From Octopus bimaculoides (Eukaryota): a DNA stretch of 64,000 nucleotides. The notes under the pieces are model-generated. The model did no database searches and was not told the DNA's origin. It was given only the letters and a program-made list of their open reading frames with translations. Location: assembly GCF_001194135.2 (NCBI RefSeq), contig NC_068986.1:112881746-112945745 (forward strand), written 5' to 3'. Each line of letters starts with the position of its first letter. Position 1 is the first letter of the stretch. A program made the translations under genes and the position numbers. Of the stretch, positions 38,918 through 52,400 are shown one piece after another.

Positions 38918-39085
38918 GATGGCTTGCTGGCAGAATCATTAGCACGTCGGACAAAATGCTTAACTCTATTTTTTCGGCACTTAGTTCGAATCCAGCTGAG
39001 GCTAACTTTACCTTTCCTCCTGTCGGGGTCGATAAACTAAAGTACCACTCAAGTACCACTCAAGCACTCTGGTCGATGTAACTTT
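38918..39085 (+). mobile_element. SINE family B, degenerate, with an 11-bp internal duplication
   Basis: GCTGGCAGAATCATTAGCACGTCGGAC...GTTCGAATCC...CCTTTCCTCCTGTCGGGGTCGATAAACTAAAGTACCACTCAAGTACCACTCAAG. Confidence 0.75.
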
Positions 39086-42007
39086 CACTCTAAACGGCTA
39101 TTCTTGAACCATGCAACAGACAGGTGCTCCATTCAGAGGTCATGTCATGACCTCGGTCACTTGTATGTTATGGAAACCCGAGAACCGGCGTTATGGGGCT
39201 TGGGGCTCCTGGAGAGAAAAAATAAAGGAATTATAGATACAGTGATAGTGTGAGTCGATTACGAAAGGAAATTAAACGACAGGGTTAGATTACAAAATAG
39301 AATGCCAACATAATTTTCTGGATATTAGATTATTATATACAAAGGCAATTTACAAGAGGAATAAAAATAACGAAGCCTAGTAATTGACTCTACAATGACC
39401 TGAAGAAACAAAATGAGAATTCATATTGGATACAATCCTCTCCCTAAAATTATTTGATGTTTTAGTTTCCTTTCTCTTTTCTTTTCTTTTTCTTCTTTCC
39501 ACATTTTTCATACAAAATGTCCCATACACCTTTCTGCTAATAACACCAGATTCATAGTTGTTTTCATCTATAAAACTGATTAGTTTGTCCCCTTCTTCCG
39601 CACTACGACAGCCTCGAAAGCCCAGCGATCTGTCATGGATATTGCTTTAACTCTTGACTGCTTTAAAATAAAAAGAGGGAAACAGAATAGGTTGTGTGAA
39701 GATGAACAAACGTGTCAAGTGAATTACAAACAAACAAATATAATACTTAAAGAGAAATGTTGAATGATGTTAGCGACAGGTTGTTACCCTGTAAAATATA
39801 TCTACAACTATGCTTTGCTTTCCTGGAGATCATTGCTAAAATGTTACTCTTAACATTTGTACTCATTTCAATTGTAATTTTATTATACGATAATGGTTTC
39901 ATGAACGAATCAGCAATTGATAAATGAATTTACATTTTAGCACTTTGTAGTTTGGTTCTATAAAAATCAAATAAATAAATGCTTTCACAAAGTCCCACCT
40001 GTAACTATCAATGCAGTTGTTTCAAATATCCTTGTTCTCTGTTCCCTGATGAAACTTTCCACTGATTTTAACCATAGATATCAGATTTGCTTAAAATGCC
40101 ATTGCCTGTCCAAGAATATTACATGACAAGTGAACATTACTTACAACAATTAAGCTCCGTTCGTCAAACGATTTCCCTCTCTGTTCATACTCCATAGTTT
40201 TCTTTTTAACTTTATAGAACTTTACGTCATTCATTTGACTTTAGAATTTGCTGTTTATGCAAATCTATCGTTATTTTACAATGTAAATACACACACGCAC
40301 ATACATGCACACACACATTAGTGTATTACCAGTAGGAAAATGACAGGATTCATTTGAATACCGAATACATTATGCAAATTCTAGTTTGAACTATTTCCAT
40401 AAATAATGCCTTAATTAAAAATTTGTTTGCGTAGGTACTTGATTCTCGTTTTTAATATCAAGCTTGCTCGATTTTACGTTCTGCCTCAACTTAATTACAG
40501 TTGGTCATGACTGAACTAATACTACAGCAGAAACAAATTTATAACATTACAAATTCGATCTTCTGATAAGAGTGTTGCCATTGTAAATGTGTCAAAAACT
40601 ACATAAATTCTTTTGAGTAAGAAAAGTAAATTTGCATCTTTTCGATTTCAATCAACGTTAAGCGTGCAATTCTTTAATGGCCCGAGTAAGCACGGATGGT
40701 TACTGTAAGCATGGATAAATGAACGTACAGTTCGTGCAGCGAGAAAGCGTTAAGGAGACATTAAATAGTTCAATACATGGATTAAGATTTCGAGACAACA
40801 TTCTTATGGGCATTTAGTTTAGTTCGTGTCCACAAAGCTTTCATGAAACATATTGTTTATTCGAAGACTCGAAAGAAAAACTTTTTGTCATATACTTATT
40901 TTCAACCAGTATTTTACACTTTGAAAAACAAAAGGAAACAATAATAAACACTGGAGATGTAACAAAACATTTACTGTGGAACACCAGGACATTCTGTTTT
41001 GTTTTGGGGATTAATTTTGTTGAATATTTGATGAAGTGAAGTAGTTGTGACGTCAACAGCTTTGCCGTATATTCCTTCAGTCATTTCCTTTAACCATCAT
41101 TTCACATGGAATTCCTAATCTAATTGCATCCATTGTTGCATCATTTCCAGTGTTCCATCACTAATTTAAAAATGCCACTTCAGGAATACATGTTGTCTTG
41201 CTGCTCTCATGTTTCCAAGGAAACTAAAATGTTCCACAAGCCAAGCATCAGGTGATTATCTGGTGCATGGGAAGACGACTTCTGCATTTGAACCTCTTGA
41301 AATCGAATGCCCTGTTTCATATAAATTTCCTTCAGAAAAATATATTTGCATGCAAACCATTTGTTATTGCCTTTATCTCATTTAGGAACTTGGTAATCTC
41401 TCTGAGATAATAGCATGAACTCTTCCTTGAAAATAAGGAAATATGCCTGGGGATACATTTCGAGTAAGGTGAAATAATTTTAATGAAAAATCTGTAGGAT
41501 TCTAATATGAACTGAAACATTGAAATCCGTTCGGTGGCCCTTCATTATGTCATAAATCTGCTGCTGCTGCTACTATATTTGTGGTTGCGTAGGGGGCAAC
41601 AAATTTGTTCTGCTTGCCTAAAGTAAGCAAATGTGAAAAAGCAATTTGCCGGATTCTCCAAGATACATGAATGGAAGAGCAAGTATGATCAAATTATGCT
41701 GCTGTTTCTATGGATCTAAGCTTCATCTGGTTCAAGTTTCTCATTACATCATGAAAATACGATGCTTTTCCCTTCTCGCGTAGTTAATATAGTGTTTGCC
41801 TTTATGACAGCAGTTAATGCAGTGTCTCGCTAAGGGATGATTTCATACACAACATTTCACCTTAGCAACATAGGAAACTTACAAGAATGACGCAGTAAAT
41901 ATATATAGATAATTATATCTCTGATTTTATTTCCAGACCTGGCATTTCTTCTATTTCTAATATTTGCAACAACCAAGAAGAAAACTATAACTAGATGTTC
42001 GAATCAC

Positions 42008-42075
<68 letters not shown>

Positions 42076-42189
42076 CTCTCTCTCTCTCGCCCTCCCGGTC
42101 TTTCTCTCTTTCTCTCGGTACATATATATACGTGAGTGTGTGTGTGTGTGCGTGTGTGTGTGTGTGTGCGTGTGTGTGTGTATGTGCGT

Positions 42190-42231
<42 letters not shown>

Positions 42232-42240
42232 GTGCGTGTG

Positions 42241-42585
42241 TGCGGTGATGACTTAGTGCTTAGAGCGTCGAGCTCTTAAACATTAAGTAGTCCTTTCCGA
42301 TTTCCTGACCAGGCTGTTTGTTGTGTTCTTAAGTAAAACATATCATTTCACGATGTTCCAATTCACTCAGCTGTAGAAATGGGTTGCCATGTCACTGGTG
42401 CTAAGCTGTATCGGTCCCTTCTTTGACTTATGCTTGGAAAACATCGGGGCGTGGAGAGAGGAGGAAGTTGGTGTGCATAACCGACTGCTTGTCTTCCACA
42501 AAATCTTTACCCACACTTGGGCCTCGGCGAGGAAGTTTCTAGGTGGAATCACATGGTCATTCATGATCTAATTGGGGCCTTTATA
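42241..42585 (+). mobile_element. tRNA-headed SINE, family E (5' part shared with family C, different 3' body)
   Basis: Degenerate head TGACTTAGTGCTTAGAGCGTCG, then TGTGTTCTTAAGTAAAACA..ATTTCACGATGTTCCAATTCACTCAGCTG as in family C, then an unrelated GC-richer body ending CATGGTCATTCATGATC. Single copy here. Confidence 0.55.
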
Positions 42586-45039
42586 TATATCCAAAAAAGT
42601 TAGGGGTTGTGAATCCAACCAACTAAGGGATAGTATATATCCAATATACTGCTGGTAGAATACCCAATTATTATTACACTAATGTATTTTCTTTGCATGG
42701 CAATTACATTACCAAGTGCAATAAATAGGTGCGGGTAAAAAGTTATTTTACCATTAATTTATATAGCAATAAGAAATTGGAGGGGATTACATGAATACCA
42801 TCTATCAATCCCCTCCATTTTCTTATTGCTATATATANNNNNNNNNNNNNNNNNNNNNNNNNNNNNNNNNNNNNNNNNNNNNNNNNNNNNNNNNNNNNNN
42901 NNNNNNNNNNNNNNNNNNNNNNNNNNNNNNNNNNNNNNNNNNNNNNNNNNNNNNNNNNNNNNNNNNNNNNNNNTATATATATATATATATATATATAAAC
43001 ATGTGTACGTGTTGGTCTGTTTCAATTCTGTGTCATATAGCAAACCGTATGTGGTATGTGCAACTTGAGTTATTATAAGCTAATTTTTATACTTTTTAAC
43101 TGATAATAGCTTGCTAACTTTCTCTTATCGCTATTCTTAGAGCTTTATTTCTCTCTTTCTTTTCCTTCGTTTCAGTGTCTTATTTGTTTTCTTCCTTATT
43201 TCATTGCTAGTCTATATACGTTGTATATTATTCTGTTTGGTGATGTCTTTTTCTGCCCTTCTTTTTATCTGCAAATAACGCTGACCATTGACCTCTCATG
43301 ATAAGCATCATCTGTATGCAGTTCCTTTAGTGTAATCTTTACTCCGTGACTGAGAACTTGTTCGCTTGTTTGACTTTCAATTACCTGATATATATTTAAA
43401 ATCTCCAAATTACATAATACCTTCCTCTAGTTTTCTCTTTGATGTACTCTTTTTCTCGCATTCCTTTCCTGCACCAATGGCCGCTGCTTTTCAATCAGAT
43501 CTTCCGTGTGAATGATTGCTGTAAATGAGAACTGTATAGTGAGGTATTAGTTTGAAGAAAGATGTGAGGAGGAATTGACTTGAGTGAGTTTCCACGTAAA
43601 AATTGAAAACACAACTTCAAAGATTTACCCAGAAAATAAAACGGAATCAAGCAGCAACAATATATTGCAAGAGAAAAGAGCCATTAGCGATGAACATATA
43701 AACAGGAATTGGACTATGTCTGAATCAAGATAATAATATTGAAGAAATATCAATTACTTGTACTTTCGATTTCTAATCAGCAAGAAGATAATAAAATTGT
43801 CATTTAGCTCAAAGTTTAACTTGGTAGACATTCAGAACCCATCCAGAAATATTTACGTTGAAGTGATTGTGGTAGCATATATCAACAGTGGTAAAGGATA
43901 TTTGATTTAAAATGAAATAAAAGTTATATCTACTTCAGAGTGCCTTCATCTTAAAATTTATAGAAAATCCTGCAGCAAAACGATAGCAAAATCCATTTCG
44001 ATCATTTTTGAAAATATGTGGTTTGTATGCGGAGTTTAAAAGTACCCCCAACCAACAACAAAAAATGAGTCTATTGCAAATACACAGCAACTCGAGGTTT
44101 TTTTTTCAAACGTTATTTACTCCTAACCTTTGATAATAAAATTATTCCTAACAAAGAATGCAGGAAGTATGAAAGGGAGTAGGTGTTACTTTCGTTATTT
44201 CAAAAACATTAAAAACGCCAAAGGTATGAAATCATAAAGAATTTGGTGGCACCGAAACATTCTATAAAATAGGATTGTATATTAGGCAGTACGTAGTAAA
44301 CATTGTCTCTCTCTTCTCTCTATCTCTTATTATCTTCCTCTCCAGAGTACCTCTCACTCCTCTCACTCATCTCACTATTCCCACTGTTCTTTCTCTATAG
44401 ATTCTTTCTCTTCGTATAATGAATGTCCAACTGAAGGAATTTTATCTGTTTTTCGCTTGCCACGTGGCTCTGCGTGATCACCCATCCTACAATTGAATCC
44501 TGCTCTGACACACTGACAAAAAACACAAAGCAATAAGCAAATTATAAATCAGGTGGCCGTTATAATATCGATATCTGCTTTCACGCAAACATCAACTAAA
44601 AAAAGGATCACTATACATAATATACTTGCATATTGACATTCTCATTCACACTTTCACATCTCCCTTCATCTTTATTATTTTTTTATCTCTCTTTCACAAT
44701 CTCATATATCAATCACTTATCTGTTTTTCCTCAAAAAAAAAGGTACCAAGTTCTACTCCAGGGTTTTCAGAATCATATTGATATCTTGATAACTTACTCA
44801 CTGGATAGACATATGACTCAGTTACACTGCCAGAAACAAAATAATTCTTGTTCCCAACTGTAAATGATTGACTGTGAAAACAACAATAAATTCCTCTGAA
44901 AGTTACTAAAATCTATGAACCTCTGGTTTCAGCAGCGAGCCAGCGATGGATGCTCTACCGGTTCATTTGGCATTTAACAAACAGTAACTAAAATATGCTT
45001 CAAATTTTAGCGTTTCCTCAACAAATTTCTTAGAAATAA

Positions 45040-45265
45040 TGCTTAAGATGTTCGACCGAATTCGGTCCTACTGCACGGTACATTGATCAAGTGTATTTTA
45101 CTAAAGCTCGGAACGATCAATGCTTTGTGAGTAATTTGGTAGAGGGAAACTGTGTAGAAGCCCATGTCGTATAGACATATAATTTGTGTGTGTAAGTATG
45201 TGTGTCTGCATCTTTGTGTTTGTGTTTGACTCACAACGACTTGCCAAGAAATGTTGGTTTAAGCA
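45040..45265 (+). mobile_element. SINE family A, old degenerate copy
   Basis: CAAGTGTATTTTACTAAAGCTCGGAACGATCAATGCTTTGTGAGTAATTTGGTAGAGGGAAACTGTGTAGAAGCCC aligns to the family A body. Confidence 0.6.
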
Positions 45266-45456
45266 GGGATGAACGGGCTAGGTTGCCAGCTTGCCCGTCG
45301 GCCATTAGAATCCATATATGGGGGCCTTTGTTAGTATCTAAGGGGCCTATTCCATCAAGTTTGAGAATGTTTTATTCCCTCCTTGAAGAGTATGTTTGTA
45401 TGTATGTATGTACGTATGTATGTACGTATGTATGCACGTATGTATGTATGCGTGTA

Positions 45457-46611
45457 TCAGGCTGAGTAAAAGTTAAGTAACGTTTTGAAACATGGAATTC
45501 ATCACAATATATTTCAACAACGCGGAAATGTTATTCATCGAAGTAAGTACCTTTACAATCAATTTATTTTTGCCGAGGAGTTAGAAGTTTGTTTATTCCG
45601 GAAACATAAAATCTGGGATTCTGGAGCTGATGAACTCTTTGAACGCCCTTTCAGCATCGGTTTGATTTTTTAATTCCTTCTCTCTAAGGAAGCCATTAAG
45701 GTGCTTGAAAAAGTTGTAGTCGGTAGGGCAAAGGTTTGGGGAATGAGTCGGGTGGGGAAGAATTTCGTAGCCAAGATCCCTCAATTTCTGGAGCGTTATT
45801 TGTGGCACGTGTGACCGAGCATCTTCATGATGAATGATTGGCCCTCTTCCATTGACCAGTCTGAGACGGAGAAGTAACACTTCTTCGTTCAGTGAAGGTT
45901 TTCGGTGCTTCATTTTGGTCCAACCACTGCGAAGAAGGATTTTTTTTTTTTTATTGTACAGACTCCACATTTCATCATAAGTTACAATACGGTCGTGATA
46001 TGGATCAGTCTGGTTACGGAGAAGCAAAGACCAAATTTTATATCTGCGTATTTTCTGATTTTCATTCAAACCATGTGATACCAATTCGACAAGCTTCTTT
46101 TATTTTCCCATCACATGCAAATGGTTGCAGGCAGTTTTCTGGCTAACTTGAAATTTTTTTACCAGTTTTCGTGTTGTTTTACGTGGATCTTTCTCATTGA
46201 CGGTCTTTAATTGACCGTCATCGATGACAGATGGGCGTCCACTAAACTCATGTTCTTCAAGGGTCAGGTTTCCACTACGAAATCGTTTAGACCATGTTCG
46301 AGCTGACCACTCACTTGTCATTTCCTCACCAAACATTTCGTTGATATCGCGTGCAGTTTCAGCTGCTTTACGTCCTTTTTTGAAGTTGAATAGCAAAATT
46401 GCTCAAATATCACACTTTGACTGTTTCATTTCAGATGATGGTAACAACGGTGAAAACAAATATCAATGTTAATTTATTGATGCATTTGGGCAAGTCAACA
46501 TCTGTATTATCAGACAATTGCAAAAAAAGATTTAAACATTTCAAAACTCTGTAAAAATCCGGTACAAATTCTCCGTGGTTCAAAATGTTGCTTACTGTTT
46601 ACTCAACCTCT
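45457..46611 (-). mobile_element. Dead Hsmar1/cecropia-like mariner with both TIRs and an internal deletion
   Basis: ORFs 46100-46396 (FNFKKGRKAAETARDIN...SGRPSVIDD) and 45593-46084 (IVTYDEMW...HEDARSH...HSPNLCPTDYNFFKHL) follow the SETMAR/Hsmar1 transposase. TIRs AGGCTGAGTAAAAGTTAAGTAACGTTTTGAA vs AGGTTGAGTAAACAGTAAGCAACATTTTGAA (25/31); TA at 45455-45456. Confidence 0.93.
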
Positions 46612-46619
46612 CTCTCACA

Positions 46620-47600
46620 CACACACACACACATATGTAGGGATGAGATAAGTGGGAGTGAGATGTGCGGGTGGAATGTGGATGGAGGTGTATCAATGAA
46701 GGGAGAGGGTGGGCAGGAGTGAAGAGAGTAAGTAGGTGTCAGATGAAGAGAGGAGATGAGGGTAGTCAGATGAAAAGGGAGAGGATTTGAGCCCACGAGG
46801 CGCAAAGGAGAGAAGAGAGAAGATTAATCACTGTTCACGGCGAAGGAGGAAGTCCGGTTGGCCCCCATGCAAGTACAATCTGAACACAGACAGGTGTTGT
46901 AATGAATGACCTGAAATGACGCAAGACCGGGGTGTCATTGCAGAATGTAATGTTTCAGAGATGCTCCACGAACCGGTTTGCCAAGAGGCATCACGTTTGA
47001 CCGATGTACAGAGAAGGGAAGAAAGAGCAGGAGGTGCAGCAAATGACGTTGCTAGAAGTGCAGGCAAAGGAGTCATTGATGTGACAGGGACGATGATGTG
47101 GTGGGCTCGTTTGAATTTGAGGTATGAGTGTGAGTCTATGCGTTTGCAGTGGATGGAGGTAGTGAGACCGGAGTTGTGTATGTTGACAGAAAGTCGAGAA
47201 AGGCGACAGAAGTGTTGGAAATAGTGCAGGAGAATTCGAGGGCAGGATGGGAGGATTGGACTAAGGTGAGGAAGGAGCCTAGTGGTTCACGGTAGAGTGA
47301 GGTCGCTCCGATACGGTCATCAATATAACGACGGTACAGTTTGGGAGTGAGACCAGCCTAGCCAACGAACAAGTTTTGCATAGTTGGGGCCCATCCTCGT
47401 TCCCATGACCACTTGCGAGTCCTGTTGATAAAAATCTCCCGCGGACGAGAAGCAATTAAGAGATATTTTTACATATATGTACCTAATGACACAACGCCCC
47501 ACCCGGTGCAGCGATCTTATTACCGTGAGTCCAACAAGGTAACCACAATACTTCTCGATCTGGTATATAAACATCCCGATGTACATATTTTCATACTGTG
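46620..47600 (-). mobile_element. Penelope-like element remnant (RT + GIY-YIG endonuclease)
   Basis: LNCFSSAGDFYQQ...VMGTRMGPNYAKL, RRYIDD (47316-47327), HPALEFSCTISNTSVAF, TTSIHCKRIDSHSYL, then INDSFACTSSNVICCTSC..PSLYIGQT..LANRFVEHL...PVLRHF. Confidence 0.88.
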
Positions 47601-49369
47601 ATTCAAAGTGTTAAGTATAGTGCCACCAGTGAAACTTCAGTCACTGTTAATGAAATTCTAAAAAGAATTTAAGCATTCACCATGTCTTTTATTCATATAT
47701 TTCTTTAAAAGTTTATATTAAATAATTATATATCACTGTGTGTGTATGTATGTGTGTGCGTGTGTATATGCGTACGTATGTGTGTCTATATAAGTATGTA
47801 TGAATATTTATTACCTAAAATAATAGGTTTTCTATAAATAATTCCTCTACATTTTACACCTTTCTATATACTTTCTCACCTTTTCACGTGTATATTTTCA
47901 CCTATTTACATTTCTATCTATACATCGATCATCAAATAATTGCCAAGGAGTGAAGAAAACAATTCATTTAAGATGTCACAATTGCCTCGCTAATTTAACA
48001 ATCGCTAAACATGCAAACCTCATCTCTTCTTGTGCTCATTCGGTCAGCTAGAAACTGCATCAACACTTTCGATAGCCACAATCCACAGAGACATATTAAA
48101 TGACACATTGGAAAACATTGTCCTGTATTCAGCAATTTTTCAAGAACTGCCAGTGTCGTAGTTTCGTTTGATCATAGATCTTCCTGCAAGTATCAAATAT
48201 CAGACTGACGTATATAACAATACTAACAACTTCATTATAGTAAGACTACGAAGGAAAATGCCACCCTTCTACGGCTTAATCTTTTCAGAAATGAAGGACA
48301 AATGTTCTTCAGTCTCTTTTGTTGTTGTTGCTACTGTCGTTCTTGATGTTGTTGTTGCCACTGATGTTCTTCATGTTACTTTCGTTGTTAATATTTTTGA
48401 TAGAATTGTTGTCCTTACTGCTGTTGTTGGTGTTATTGTTGATGTCATTCTTGTTGTTGTTATTGTCGCTGATGTCATAGGCATGTTCAACTGAACTCGT
48501 GCAGCTAAGCTACAGCTAACAGCAAGAACAACAAGAACAACAAAATTACTGCTGACAAGACAAGACTAAAACTATATATACATATTGACACATTTCCATT
48601 TGCTGGTTACTTTCTCTGGACTTAGTAAAAGAGAACTGCCTCTGATAGTAGACGTGAACCTTTGGTAAGCTAGTTCAGTTCTGATACGTGTTAACACCTC
48701 AATCACGTGTGAACTACCACCACCATCACAGCCCACACATCGCTACAATCACAGGCGGTTATCAACACCGATGTGTACACCTTGCTGGAAATAATTTGCC
48801 TTCCGCAAAACAAGTGGCACCGAAACCGAGATGCAATCGCGCCAGTGTCCTCTTCCTAAATGGTTTCTCGTGATATCATTAATCGATTCAAGCGTTTTGG
48901 TATTCTTAAGTGGAATTTTCTCTTTTATTTAATTACCTGATGCTTTCTCTGGTTATCTTCACCGTTATATATTCAATGGTTTGCGTTAACGAGGAAGCAA
49001 ATCGATTTAGCTGATGCTCATTATCAATACGATGAGTGTTTAATTAGAAGATACCCGTATATACAAGTTATTCTATCGAACCAAACCACAATACCGTAGC
49101 AAGTTTCTCGCACCTACCATTTCTCTGATATTCAATAATAATTACATTTTCATTCTTCCGGTTTCGTGAAATGTATTGAGGGTAACTAGCAGCTGTTTAC
49201 TGTTTAGTGTCCTAATAATTACTATCAATATCGATATGTGTTTGCATGTATATGGATGTGTGCATTCGCATGGGTGTGTGCGTCTGTATAAAACATAGAT
49301 TTACATATAAATGCACGCACACACACACACACACTCACACACACACATACACACACACACATACACACA

Positions 49370-49455
49370 CACACACATACACATACCCATATGGACACAC
49401 ACACATACACATACCCATATGGACACACACACATACACATACCCATATGGACACA
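49370..49455. repeat. 28-bp tandem repeat (ACACACACACATACACATACCCATATGG) x3 derived from (CA)n
   Basis: Read directly from the sequence. Confidence 0.9.
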
Positions 49456-52400
49456 CGCATCTCAGTGTGTATCTGAGAGTATCTCTGCATACACATGGAT
49501 GCAATTTCACACTTACGCTCGCTCACACAGATGCACGCACATATATCTTAAAATGATTTTATTTAATATCATTCCTTTTATTGAAGATTTTTCATATTTT
49601 ATCATTAGTCCATTGTATTTACTTAGGATGAATAACCTTTCTATGTCATTAACTTTACAAGATTTCGACCTTAACTTCTAAATGATATGGGAATTTGAGC
49701 GCTGTTGATGCGCTTAGTACTACGTGACAAACGATCAATAGGAAAACTATTGTAACTGATAAAATTATTATTGTTGGATTTAAGGTATTCTGCTTAAATC
49801 ATGCTAATTTTGAGATTGTATTTCACGATTATGTATTTGTGCTTTGATATTTAAGAATGTATTTTGCAATGAAGAATATCTCCATCGGTGACCTATCCGC
49901 TTTTTGTAGAATTCGATAAGGGAGAGTAGCAATATAATCTAATGTTTACCAATCTCAGTTTGTGCTGAGATTTCTCTTTGAAATTCTTTGACATGTCCAA
50001 AATTGTAAATGCATAGATAGTCAACAAAACTATGTCGTATAATACCTGAGTAACACTAATTAAATGAGGAAGCTAGAAGGGTAGACAAAACCATAGAGCA
50101 ATACAACTCGTATGACAAATATACGTGCAAGAGATATCTGACTGCTATATCAATCATATTTAACTTGCTTACATAATGGATCACTATATCATAAACATAC
50201 TCATGTAACAGAAAACCTGCACCACTTGTCATTAATTATTTGGTTTGTAAATGAGAATAAGAGACAGTCTCGGCAATATAAAACCCTATGCCTACAATCA
50301 TATTTCAGACACAAAATGTATTGTACGAGAGTTTTGATGTTTATATTAGAGCAGGAAAATTACTGTCTGATGTATAAATCTACTCAAAATGAGACGTTTA
50401 ATGCAGAAAGCTTTATAATGTCAAATGACAAACATAAAAATCAGCACATAGATTTGTGGCTGATAGGTTTATCAGCTATCAGTATTCACGGAATTCTTTA
50501 CGTCTTAATATGATATCCGGCAACAATACGCCACAGTTATATCTTCATTCACACGATAGATCTTAGAGAGCTCTCAAATGTTAATCAAATTAAGATTTCT
50601 AGAGATTAAAATCTATACATTGAAGATTAGTTAAAAAATATGAAAAACTCTTCATGAAAAAAAGATATGACTCGGTGAGAGTCATGTCTTCAATGTAACG
50701 TCCCCGAAATCAAAAGTGTTTCTTTTGACTTTTATGCAGTTAATTTATATAATTCTTTTAAATATAGGCTACAAACAGATCCGCATTCGCACATAAACAA
50801 ATATATACATAAATGCATACACTTATATCTATACATATGAAGTTTAAACTAAATATTTAGGTGGAGGGTTACATGCATGATCTATGAGCACTTTCAGACC
50901 CTCTGAGATCTTATAAGAAGATATGAGTAGTTATCATAAAATCGGAAACGTATTCGGAATGGTGAGTACTTGGTGGATTCCTCTAAAGACATCCAATTGT
51001 CTGGTAATGTTGTGCAACGAGTCGACGGTTTAAATTTACCGGCCAATACTAACCATAACGTAATGATAACTGCAGAGTGATGTGAAATGTAGAGTTTCCG
51101 TGTCATATATTACATAAATTCGAGATGGTTTGACATTATTGTCTGAGTTGCTTCCCTTTTGGTCAGGCATATATTCCCAATCTGCATTCGATCTTCCATG
51201 TCTCATTCTGACTTTTTTCTTCTTATCTATGGTGTTTGCTTATTTCATGTTTCTTTCTTTATTTAATCGTCGTAACGATTTTGCTGTTTTGTGTTGATCC
51301 CGTATTAACATTGATTGAACCGAGAAAAACGATGAAAACATGTTTCACCCGTCAATTTCAACTTTCTTTATATCAGCGACAACAGTATCTACTGCATCCT
51401 TTCTTTATGATGCTGGTAGTCGAAGATTTCAATGAGATTTGTCTGCACTCTCTAACTGTTAATAAACACATCAGTTTGTAGATGTGTTTTTATTACTGTC
51501 TTATTTGAGATACTGGCAGATGAGGGTTAATAATGGGGGCGTGGTGCTATATTATAGGCATACAGTGATGTAGCGTGCGGACAGTTAAAGCAGTTGCTAC
51601 TATTGAGATTGAGTAACGTAGCGTAAAGAGAATAAGAGTTATATGAATCATGTTGTTTAGTGCAGTATCAAATAGTGAGGTGATATAATCATGTCGTAGT
51701 TTAGAATGGAGTCCAGTGTAGCTGTAGCTAATGGCGAAGTAATAGTCATGTGTTTGGACTTAACGATCTGATGTAAGCATTGCGTACTGTTTGCTTGATG
51801 AAAACGGTTCTGCAATTATTTGAAGTTGTAGTGTACGTGTAGTGTGATAGAATAGCGTGTTGTAATGTCACCTGGAAGTCTGATTCACTGTGATGTAGTG
51901 AAGTTTAACATAACGGTTTTGTGTGACATTAATTGCTGAGAAGATCTGCTGTGGTTGCGGTGCAGAGGTGTAGGACGCAATATTGTGGTGTTTTAGTGTA
52001 GTGTGAATCAAAAGCAGTGGCTAATCGCAGTGGTGTAGTGTTGAGTTTTGCATAATTCGCTGAGCAGTATATTATTGAGTTCTTCTAGAGTGTGTTGCTT
52101 TATCAATAACAGACTATGTTAGGGTATTGTGGTTATATGTAGAGTAGAAAAGGCGCAGTGTGCGCTTAAGTGTGCACTGTGGTTCTGGTGTTATTTTGTT
52201 GAATTATTTGTTATGGTAGAATGTGAGAGAATTGAATTGCGTGTTGAATGATGTGTGTTGTGATGTTTTATTCTTGACTGTTGATGAAAATATGTGTTGT
52301 GTAGTGTGGAGTAGTCTGATAGCTTGTTCTGGTGTAGTGAAGGATTGGATGAGGAGAATGACGTTGAATGGGAGGCGAGGTATTTAAGCAATATAAATTA

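Noticed and set aside
41000-41800. Possible decayed transposase on the minus strand
   Set aside because: Only vague similarity; no catalytic motif can be read.
48690-48880. GC-richer exon-like patch
   Set aside because: No recognisable protein and no convincing splice-site pair.
50896-50965. AG...ATG|GTGAGT exon-like segment (MSSYHKIGNVFGM)
   Set aside because: All three frames contain stops if it is internal; as a first coding exon it is unsupported.
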